From assembly GCA_001655205.1 (NCBI GenBank), contig LPNZ01007350.1:1-41801 (forward strand): a stretch of DNA of 41,801 nt, written 5' to 3'. This document shows, piece after piece, positions 23,579 to 34,238 of this stretch. The translations under genes and the position numbers were made by a program. The stretch is from Lenisia limosa (Eukaryota; Protista; Breviatea). How positions within the stretch are numbered: the stretch's first letter is position 1; each line of letters opens with the position of its first letter. Below the pieces are notes generated by a model. The model worked only from the letters and a program-made list of their open reading frames with translations. It searched no databases and had not been told where the DNA came from.

Positions 23579-23927
23579 ATGTGGCTTTTTTCTTCGTTTT
23601 ATTTAACCCCCGCTCCTCCAAAAGTGGAATGATGTTCTTGCATATTCGATATACAAAACTCCAGTGCCAATAAGACCAGGAAAATATCGGTAGGATTGAA
23701 GATAGTAAAAATATCCATGTCCTTCTTTGGGAAATGAAGTGAAGTACTGATTCATGATATTATCTACTACCTTAAAACAGTATCCAGATACCTTGTGTTT
23801 TGCTTCTTTGCAGCTTCTTGGTACAAACACACACCAGTAAAACATAAATCAGAACACCATAGACCACAACATCACATGTGGATTTTAAAAAAAGAAACAA
23901 AAGACCATATCGCAGTCAGCACTGCAC

Positions 23928-26714
23928 TCATAAGAAAGCTTCGATCCGATCCTTGATCTCCCTCCTGCAACACGGGCACTTCTTGACCATTCTCGAACAT
24001 GGATAACAGGTACGAAGATGCCTGGAATTTTCAGATTCGGCATTCCAAATGCTTGATATCAAATCCGCAGACGACCTATTCTCCATCATAGGGTAATTCG
24101 AATACCAATAGCAATCACAACTCCCACCCACCTGCAGGGCAAGAATAGTGTGTTGGCAGGATCATCCATGCATATTACACAGGAAGCTGCAGGGGGCTCC
24201 TTGATTGGCTCTTGCTAAAGAGTCAGCTACTTTTCGAGGGGGAGGCTGGTTAACCTTCATTTGAGGCTGGTTAACTGTCATTCACTACAGCTTACCTCCT
24301 CTATTATAAGAGGCTTGGCAATGTGGTGTGAACAGCCGTATTCAAAACAGGTCAGCCCCTAAAGAATAATATTAAAAGTTCATTTTTTTGAACAATATGA
24401 GAGAAAATGTGAAAAATTCAACAAAACGACCACCAGAATATTAACCCCTTCTCACTTCCAAGTCAGTCTGCTGGGGGTCCGCACCCTCTTTGATGAGAAA
24501 CTTGACTGCATCATCATTACTGTAGGCACAAGCGTAATGTAGCAGGGTCCACCCCTTGAAGGTTAAAGGATCTAAAAACTATTTCAAAAGAGCAATAAAG
24601 TATCAGTTCATAGAACATAAAAAGTACTTCGATATTCGGAGGTACATACGAGATGAAGCATGTTCCTCATTATTATGAACCTTTATGCATCCCCCATCCC
24701 ACAGAGGTGAATAAAGAGTTAACAAACTCTTTGCAAAATGTACTCATAAAAGCAGCTAAATTTCCCTTACGCAGATACTGCAAGCAAGCAACCTAATAGG
24801 TCAAATCTGGTCAAAGAAATATCATTGTTAGTAGCAAATGATAGGGCAAATAAATAAATAAATTTAATAATATTACATCTATTAAGGATGGTGTGGACGG
24901 CTTCGGCCAGATATCTCTATATGGATATGATACTATATTATACCGCTTTCCGCGTACCAATGTACATAATATGTGATATAGCAACCCACCTGTGACTCTT
25001 GAGAGTAACAAGTAAGGTCATTAAAGAGGTCAAGTCTTTCAGTAGAAACTGGTACCTAAATGGTGACATAAATACTCCCAAAAAGTTCACACATAGGAAG
25101 AACCTAGACGAAGAAACCAAAGCCCATTGGCAAATTCAACCGTTTGTCTTACTTCAAGGTTGGCACCGAATTCCACCAGTAAATAAGGTAAAGAACCAAG
25201 AGCCCTCTCGGTATGATGTGACAGCATGTACTGGAGTGCTGTTTCACCCTAGATGCATGAGCACTTTTAATCTTCACCTCTGACCACCATCTGAACTGCA
25301 ATAGCACTGTCCCCTTAACAAAGGTATAATTATACCAATGAGAAATAAAAAACAAGGTTGTATCTGGCCAAAGCCGTCCAAACCATCACGCTTATAAGAG
25401 ATATGGAATTATAGTAAAATATTAATTCACCCAATCATTTGCCTTACAACTCTGCGCACAGCTTTCTGCGTGTCTCCCCAGCATACAGATAGTTATAATT
25501 CCACATCATTTGTACATATACCAAAATTTCACACAAATAAATGCGCTTGTCATTTATTTTGTTTTCTAGGTATGAAACACTCCACGTTACTTTTGCTTCA
25601 AACTCGATTTCAGCACCCTTCAAGAGGAGTGCACGGCATGTAGCTAGCTTTTCAACAGAGTCATGCTTACTAAACGCACTTGAGGCACAAGCAGAAAACA
25701 GTGCAGTCCACCCCGTCTAGAAGAATTATGTTTGCTCCCAGAAGGCCAAGGCAGCAGAAGGTGGAATTCAATCACATTCTTGAATTTCACTTTTGACTAA
25801 TGTTACAGACTTCAAAAACGATTGTCTAAGAGGATTTATCTAGAATATGGGAAACAAAGTAAAAAAGCACTGTGCAACACAATTGAGATGGGAAATAGAT
25901 AGCTGATAAACGGTACTCTTTTTGTAGCCGCAACTTGTGCGTAAAGCACGAGGGAAATGAGAAAAGGCGTGAATGGCTCGATATTTCACAGCTTAAGAAC
26001 ACCTTACTTTGTGCCCACATGGTCATTAATATCATCCACGTTGGCACCAAAGTGAATGAGCAGTTGGCAGTGGTGCACTCTTGATCGAAGGGATGCACAG
26101 ATCAGAGGGGTGCAGCCCTGTGAATATTATGCAGAGTTCAACATGGCTCGAACATGTTCGCTCTTTATGAACAAATCCACCACGGCTTCCAAAAGAATGA
26201 AGAGCCCCCTTAAAGCACCCATCTCACAATATCACAGGAGAAGCTTTCCCCTCGGCAATGTACGGCTGACGGATCCAACTCCAAAACCTCACGAAGACTT
26301 TCACAGGTACCGATGCTAGATGCTTTGATGATCACCTACGTTCTTAGAAAAGAAGAAAAAGATCACAGTGCAATGAATATTTGGAACACAAACGAGACAC
26401 CCAAGCCCTACATGAGGCGGAGTTGTCTGAGGCATTGTGTTTCTGGTGAACAACCTGGTCGTGTGACCAGACTACTGCATAACTACTCCCCGTGATTGGT
26501 CAGACTAGGTTGCGTACGGGGGGGGGGGGNNNNNNNNNNNNNNNNNNNNNNNNNNNNNNNNNNNNNNNNNNNNNNNNNNNNNNNNNNNNNNNNNNNNNNN
26601 NNNNNNNNNNNNNACGTTTGGGCAAACTGGTGGAGGATCCCAGCGACCATCGGAAGCTAGTAAGACGCAGGCGGGTTCAGAAGTGTTATGGTCGCTAAAA
26701 ACTTGGAAGTCCAT
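23928..26714 (-). CDS. Ankyrin-repeat plus C-terminal RING-HC (C3HC4, IAP/MGRN-like) E3 ubiquitin ligase; start codon tentative
   Basis: ANK exons GCTPLICASLR, TGWTALFSACA, GETALQYMLS and GGTLLHYACAY. RING: CVICMDDPANTLFLPCR|HLRTCYPCSRMVKKCPCCRREIKDRIEAFL* (TGA 23928-23930). Confidence 0.88.
24887..24922 (-). repeat. Repeat family A fragment (intronic)
   Basis: gatggtgtggacggcttcggccagatatctctatat is the family core. Confidence 0.65.
25331..25486 (+). mobile_element. Repeat family A near-full copy in an ankyrin-RING intron
   Basis: caatgagaaataaaaaacaaggttgtatctggccaaagccgtccaaaccatcacgcttataagagat...catttgccttacaactctgcgcacagctttctgcgtgtctccccagcatac is colinear with 39030-39188. Confidence 0.82.
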
Positions 26715-26994
26715 GCGGCCGTAATTTTGTGAAATAGACAACTAGAGGATCTCGGGAATATGTTTCATTGTTGCTCATTTACAAACCATATCGACAACGG
26801 CCGCGCATGGACTGCCCGATTCGTGTTTTTGACGGCCAGTGTTACAATTGTTGTAGTAATGTGATTAACGCAGTCCATGGTCCGTGTGGCTAGTACTTTT
26901 GGATTGTAAAAATGAGCAAATATTTGCAACACAACAAAACTTTCTTCTAAGTATTTTTGGAGGCAATCGGCAATCGGTCAGTCCATGCCGCCGT
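26708..26994. repeat. Cluster of four (C)AGTCCATG..CCGT motifs in mixed orientation, including a ~24-bp imperfect inverted-repeat pair
   Basis: Copies at 26708-26722 (+), 26797-26821 (-), 26871-26885 (+) and 26972-26994 (+). acggccgcgcatggactgcccgatt pairs with aatcggtcagtccatgccgccgt. Confidence 0.7.
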
Positions 26995-27185
26995 ACTTTA
27001 CACTAGAAAAAGGTGTGTGAATGTCCACCATACATTTACACATTTGAACCCCTTTGGAAGTCTCATGTCTTCTATTTTGGTGTTGGACTCTCCAGTTTGA
27101 AGGAAAAATGTACATATCAGATGAAAACACAAGCAAAATAGTATAAATAGAAAACAGGAAACGAAAACAAACATCTTATAACGCT

Positions 27186-30100
27186 CTACTCTTCAAGCAT
27201 GCCCTTTGCAGCCATCATAGAAGCGACATCCTTCTTGGCGTCTCCAACAGGACGCACGCCGAAGTCCTGAACAGTCAAACGAGTGGTGTGAAGGAATGAT
27301 ATCCGAAAAAAGGAAAGAAAAGAAAACAAAGAACAATTGCCAAAAACAGTAGTGCTTGACTTAAACAACATACCTTGACGAGGATGTTGAGCACTTCGGG
27401 GCCGACAAAAGCAGGGAGCTGGGGACCAATGCGGATGGGCTTGATACCGAGAGCAAGGAGCTTAAGAAGGACGGCAACAGCTGCAAAGGTCAAGGGGGCA
27501 GATGACACTTATAAAACTCCAAGCCGAGCACATCATAGCCTACCCTTCTGTTCGAACCAGGACAGGACAATGGAGAGGGGAAGGTCGGACACTTCGCAAC
27601 CGAGGGCGCCGGCAAGGGCAAGGGCAACCATGACGGCTCCATATGAGTCGTTGCTGGGGGGGGGGGGGGNNNNNNNNNNNNNNNNNNNNNNNNNNNNNNN
27701 NNNNNNNNNNNNNNNNNNNNNNNNNNNNNNNNNNNNNNNNNNNNNNNNNNNNNNNNNNNNNNNNNNNNNNNNNNNNNNNNNNNNNNNNNNNNNNNNNNNN
27801 NNNNNNNNNNNNNNNNNNNNNNNNNNNNNNNNNNNNNNNNNNNNNNNNNNNNNNNNNNNNNNNNNNNNNNNNNNNNNNNNNNNNNNNNNNNNNNNNNNNN
27901 NNNNGGGGCTCAAAGGAGTGAGAATGAATAAAGAGGACAGCCACGATGCCAACCATTGTCCCATATCGAGGCAGCGGGGGATGCCGGTGTCACCAATGGT
28001 GTCGTAGTCCAAGTGGTTGACTCGGAACTTGCCGCATCCGAGGGTGAGAATCACAGCCTTCTCGGGAAGCTCCTTAGCCAACTCTGTGTAGTAGGATCGT
28101 TCACCTGGGGGGATGGTGAAAAAATTGACAGGGAAATCTACTCTATTGGCAAACTGATACACTGTGGTTGGAAATTGTAAACAATTAACTCTTCCCAAGA
28201 ATTGCAAAAGCAGGGAGGGGGTAGCGTTGTACAAACCTTCGTAGCCGTCACAACCGCCAATTAGGAAGAAGCGGGTAATCTCACCAGCCTTGACTGCGTC
28301 AAGGATGGTGCCTGTTGTGTCAAAGGAGGATGGCAAATGGTCCTAGTATCTTCAAACCAAGTTAATGGTCTCAGTTTGCCCCTCACCAGCGTTGGCGATA
28401 ATGAACTCGTGGCCGAAACCGGTGGTCAGCTTGGTGGGGCAAGGGTAGACCCTATATCGTGAGAATGGTTAAAGAAAAGTCTGGTTTCAACCGAAAAGGT
28501 GAAAAAAGAGTCCTTTAACAAAGCCTCATACTCGTCCTTAGGGTAAGCGAAGACCTTGTCTTCCTCAGTGAAACCCTTGAGCTCCTGAGCCTTGGCAATG
28601 ACGGGAGAAAAGTCGTGGAGGTTGCCCAGCTTGCCGGTGCCGTGGATGTGCTTCACGTTAGGCCAGGCAACAGCGCCTATTGAGGTTATTCTCGTCATGG
28701 GAAAGGTACTGATATAACAGTATAAAAAAACCACAGGCAGTCAGCTCACCAGCAGTGTACATTCTGTCGGCGTAGGGAGTCAGGACGGGGGTGAGGCAGT
28801 TGGTGGACATGATGATGGAGCCGGGGAAGTGAGTGAACTCGATTGCCTGTCTCTGCCATGCGGCGCCGTAGTGGCCGGCAAGATGCGGGTGGTCGCGGAG
28901 CTGGGGGTAGCCGAAGGCTAGACTTGTGTGAGAAGAGGTCTTTGCCAAAAGAATGCATCATTTTAGCCCCACAATTAGAGCAAGGCATTTGGATGGCTTA
29001 CCAGGAAGCATTTCACCGTGGGTGTAGACGTAGACGTCAGTGCCCTCACACTGCTTGAGAAGCTCACTCAACATCCACAGATCGTGACCGGAGAAGACAA
29101 TGCACTTGCCAGGACGGGGAACAACGGGAACCTGAGGGGGTTATATGATGCTACAGGGGAGGGGGGGGGGTAATCAGTTGTGAACCTACGGAATGGGGNN
29201 NNNNNNNNNNNNNNNNNNNNNNNNNNNNNNNNNNNNNNNNNNNNNNNNNNNNNNNNNGGGTTTGCCGAGGGTGGCGTTGGCATTGTAGAGGAGCTCGCCA
29301 GCAGTGAGGGTGGTCTTTCCAATCATGAGGGCCTTGGCGAGGACCTGAAACGGTTACATGGCTTCATCAATAGAGGAGCTTTGGATATAAGGCAAGTGCT
29401 CACCTGTCCAAGGTCGTCAGCAGCAGGGGTAAGGAGGAAGTGGAGCGCCTCTTGCATATTTTTGTAGATTTCGGGGTTTTCGTGGCCGAAGAGCAGAGCA
29501 TGGTCACTGAAAGGAGTGAGTCAACTGGCTCAAGTATAACTGTGGTTTTATGAATTAAAGAGTTCACGGCCTACCTGTAAGCGGAGAGACCCTTGATGCC
29601 GTAGATGATGAGCTCCTGAGCACCGACAAGAGAGTCGTTGTAGAGCTCACGCATGCGCTCGAGGATGGACACTTCAGCTCCGAGTGCGGCAAGCTCCTCA
29701 ACCTACAATATCAGCAAGGACAATCGCAATAATCAGATTCACTGTAATTGAAAAGGCCTCCATCTGCTGACCTCATCGGAAGGAATGGAGAGCTCGTCAT
29801 GGCTGAGAGGGCACACGGGGACGTCAACGCCCTTGGCCTTGCAGACCTTAGTGAGACGCTCCTCAGCGGCCTTGGTGAACTTGTTGATGCGGCGCACGTA
29901 GTCTGGTGGAGGGGGGGGGGGGNNNNNNNNNNNNNNNNNNNNNNNNNNNNNNNNNNNNNNNNNNNNNNNNNNNNNNNNNNNNNNNNNNNNNNNNNNNNNN
30001 NNNNNNNNNNNNNNNNNNNNNNNNNACATCAAAAGCACGCACGCACCAATGATGCGGCCTTCGTCGAAGTTGACGTTGGTGAGGGTGGCGAAAGCGGCTT

Positions 30101-33100
30101 CCATAGTCAGGCGGTTGGCGTCAGCGTCTTCAGCAAGAGGGTCAGCAGGCTGCTAACGTGAGCAAAATGTTTAACATGCAATTTTAGACGAAAATACTAT
30201 ACCCCCTCACGTCGGCGATCTGTCTGATCTCGGTAGCGAACCATCCGAGGGCCTTGCAGTGGTGGATCAAGAGATCCTGGAGCTGGGCAACAGTGGGGGT
30301 CTTACCGCAAACACCGGTCTGGTATGTAAATACCATTTTTATTTGGTTTAGGATTCAATCAGAAGCATGAAAGAAGGCAATAATATAAAAAAAAAAATAA
30401 CGAAACGAGTACCCCCCCCCCCTAACAGTGACACAACCGGTTCCATTTTGGGTCTGCTCGCACTGGTAGCAAAGCATCTGGGCGTCGGGGTTGGCGTCAG
30501 CGAAAGTCTTGATGTTGGCACCTTCAGCCTTGGTACCGCGCTCTGTGTCGTCAAAATAGAGATAATATCTGGTCGAAACCGTCCATTTGAAAGGACAACA
30601 AAAGCAATTAACAATATAAGATGGCTCACTGGTCTTGCCGGTAACAAGAGCCTCTTCCTCAGCATCCTTGGAGTAGGCTTCAACAACCATGCGGCCGTTT
30701 TGGCGCATCTTGCGTAGCATGGCGCGAGCGCGAAGACGAGTCCATCCCTAACATGGTAAGCTCCCATGCTATTCACTTGAAGAGCTGTTTTACGCAAATC
30801 AATGGAGGAGTGATTCGATATACCTCAGACTCCTGGAGAGACTTACGGACGGTTTCCTCAACATGACGGGGAATGGCACCACCGAGTCCGCTGGAGAGTT
30901 AGCATTGATTCAAGAGAATACATGATATCATATAATATATATATATCATATACACTTTTGGGATTTATCAAGACTAACCAGTACACGTAGGCACCCTCGC
31001 CGCCGGCAACAGCAGCAGAAACCTTCTTGGGGTTGGCAGTGATGGCATCAGTGATCTATGATCGGTCATATTTGACAATTGAAAGAAGATAATGAGAGCA
31101 ATAGAACAGAAAGGATAAAGAGAGAAAAAAGCGCTCCGTACTCTGATCTTGTCCTCGTCACGAGAGGCAGCAACGGTAATGTCGACAAGGCCGTCCTTCT
31201 GGAACTGCTCAAGCTCATCAACGTAGAGGTAGGTGGAAGCCTTGCGCTTAATGCCGAAGAAAAGAGTCACGAGGGCGACCTTCTGGCCAGCAGCCTTGGC
31301 AGCCTGACGGTCCTGTGGAGTCAGACACTTCCACAAAACAATAAAAAAAAAACACAAAAGATGCTAACACGCCATTCAAAAGTGTAGACCCCCCTCTCGA
31401 ACCTGGATGATAGAGCGCATGACACCGATAGCGGAACCGATGGCAAGAGCACAGACGGGAACCTCAGGGGCAGGGAGAGTCACACCGGGCATAGCTCTGG
31501 CAATCATCTTCTCGCCGGCTGCGGGGGTGAGAAGCATGATGGGTTGCGAGTTTAGTTCATTTCATATAAAAATCTTCCGACTTCCGATAAATGTCCTCCT
31601 ACCCTTAAGGTTGGCAATGTAGTTGGAGCAGAGGCCGACACGCTTGCCGTCAGCGGATTTGTCAACAGAAACGCAGAGGTCAATGTTCTGAGAAACCTGG
31701 GAGAGGGGGTGAAATCGGAAGATTCTCAATGTGAAACTTTGAAACGTTGAAACCAGCCCAAACCTTAGGGGAAGAGGCAATGGAGTAGTAGCGAGGAACA
31801 ACGCGAGGAAGAACGGTCATGGCCTGAGCTAGGACGGGTAAGAATGCCAATAGCAACAAAGTAACCAAGCACGAACTAACCGATGGTAATGTTGATAGAA
31901 GGGTACTCCTCAAGGATGGTCATGATGGAGAAGTTGGAGCGCATGCGGAGAGCGTACTCCTAGTGGGTTAGTAAACATTTCTTAAACGCTACCTGTTCTT
32001 GGCAATTATTAAACAGACAAGTGACCTCCTGAGGAAATATCAATCCAAGCCTACACTTTCCTTGCCGGTGGTGGTGGAGAGCTTCATGAGAGCAGCAGCC
32101 TCCTTGGCATCAGAAGCGACAATAGAGAAGCCCTCAAGAAGAGAACGGCTAAGAGGTCGGTTAAAGCACAAAAGGGCACGTATAGAAGACTCACAAACAT
32201 ACAACCAATCCAAAACATGCAGTGAAGCTCACCTTGGAGCGGCGGAGACGTCAAGGATGTGTGTGAAAACGTCGCGAGCCTGGACATGAGCAGGGGTCTT
32301 GGGCGCATCGTCNNNNNNNNNNNNNNNNNNNNNNNNNNNNNNNNNNNNNNNNNNNNNNNNNNNNNNNNNNNNNNNNNNNNNNNNNNNNNNNNNNNNNNNN
32401 NNNNNNNNNNNNNNNNNNNNNNNNNNNNNNNNNNNNNNNNNNNNNNNNNNNNNNNNNNNNNNNNNNNNNNNNNNNNNNNNNNNNNNNNNNAGTGTCACTA
32501 GTATGGTGTTCAGCCAACCTGAGTGGCATCGACAGCAAAGCGCTTGCAGGCACGGTCAACAACCTCCTTGGGGACCTCAGGGAAGACCTCAACATAGCCG
32601 CCGAGGGCGTACTTGCTGGGGGGTGGGGGGTAAATGAAGCGCACAAATTCACACTCCATCAGGAAGACAAGTTAAGAACAGCCCATATCAGATTATCTGT
32701 TAACTCTTTCAGAAAGACATTGAAAGAGTAACTGACTGGTCACATACAGTCAATGTGCACAAGCCTACCCGTCAGCCTTGAGAGTGATGTTGACGGAAAC
32801 GTCTTCGAAGTCCTCAGTGGTCATGTTGGTGTTGGCAACAACCTCCATGAGGCCCTTCTCCACAGGCCCGTTGTAGGCCCTAGTATAGTTAGTTACACAT
32901 GAACATAAAAGGAAAAGAAAAACAAATGAATATTTTATAACAGCCATCTCTTCATGTCAAAGCAAGATTCCCCTTCAATTCCCCAAATTCAGACAAAACA
33001 GAAGAAGGCAAGAGAAGAGAAGGAGGAAAGAGGAGCCAACATACTTGGCACCATCTTTTTTCTTGAAGTTGAAGCTGCAGGGAAGAGATCCCTTGCCTTC

Positions 33101-34001
33101 AGAAGCGCCAAGAGCAGTCCAGAGCTCGTTGAGCCAGGGCTGGAGAGCAGCATCATGACTAAAACGTCAAAGAGACTGAACAAAAATAACTGAAGATTAA
33201 AGTTACAGGCAATCAATTCAGTCCAAAAATGCAGTCACTTAATTGACAGAAGGATGATCAGTTGGCAAAAATTTCAAGGCTTGGAGGGCCACCCACCCTC
33301 CATCAGCAAGCTCATCACCGAAGCCAGTAGGAACGAGAAGGTTAGCGCCCTTGGAGGTCATGTGATGCTGGAGGTCCTGGAAAGGTGAGTAAAGTCGGGA
33401 AATGGGAAGTCAGAACAAACCTTAGCAGCTTTGTTAAACTCAGGAGAGTTAGAAGCTCCAAGTCCAAAGATACCGCACTTGACATCCTTAAGCTCATCGT
33501 TGGTAAGAGCAGGGAAGGAGTGGAAGAAGTCCTAAGAAATTAGTCGGGCTATCTGCATAACTTCCGTTTCTTACGAATGCGTTGGCAGGAGGTTCACCAT
33601 TGCCGAAGGTAGAAGTCAACACGATGATGAGCTTCTCTGAGGAAAGGTCCTAAAGAGTGAACATTCTGGGAACTGGAAAACCAATCACCTATCGGACCAA
33701 ATCTCTTTCCCAACACATTGTATATGAACAGTTAATTCTCAAACCTTGGCACTAATATCTTTCAAGTCAATGCATCGGACGTCGAAGTTGCGGAGAGAAG
33801 CTGAGACTGCGACACCCTTAGCGAGAGCAGCAGCAGTTCCAGTTTGTGATCCGTAGCAGACAAGGAGAGGTGTAGACCTAAATAAGCTGTTAGAGAAGGA
33901 ATACAATAGAAATGGACCATGTCCGCGGTACAACTAAGGGTGATCCGTTAAATGTAAAGTACACAAAGAATTATTGAAGGATCCCACACAACAGCTTACA
34001 T
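27186..34001 (-). CDS. hcp: Fusion protein: diflavin reductase (flavodoxin + FAD-binding + NAD(P)H-binding, CPR/CysJ-like) followed by a class I hybrid cluster protein (prismane); ~34 exons
   Basis: Flavodoxin: [29 protein letters not shown] domain: [20 protein letters not shown] domain: [29 protein letters not shown]: [91 protein letters not shown]. Stop TAG 27186-27188. Confidence 0.95.
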
Positions 34002-34238
34002 AGTGCTGATGGTGGTGTTGTAATAAACAACTTTCGGTTGCTCCCAGCCAAAACCAAGCCAACTGGGTGACCTTAGTTCAGTTCAGTACGGATCTATTTA
34101 AATTCGTAATTTATCTCTGACTAACACACGCCTGTTATCACTCTCTTTCATTCTCTTTGCCTGATCTTAGCTTGTAATATGTTGTATTATCTTTAGTAGT
34201 GAGTGAGTAGTGAACTTTAGAGGAGCTTTCACTTCAAA

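Larger units (their letters stand above)
2655..32490. other. About 15 assembly gaps (N runs of roughly 60-235 nt) scattered across this span
   Basis: N runs are read directly. Many abut G or C homopolymers or repeat copies, and a few hide exon parts. Confidence 0.95.

Noticed and set aside
2520-32652. ORF-track entries containing long X runs
   Set aside because: They are artefacts of translating through N gaps; only the flanking real exons were used.
27186-34001. Bacterial contamination or chimeric join as the explanation of the HCP fusion
   Set aside because: Over 30 GT-AG introns in the same style as neighbouring genes, and the domain junction is gap-free and in frame.
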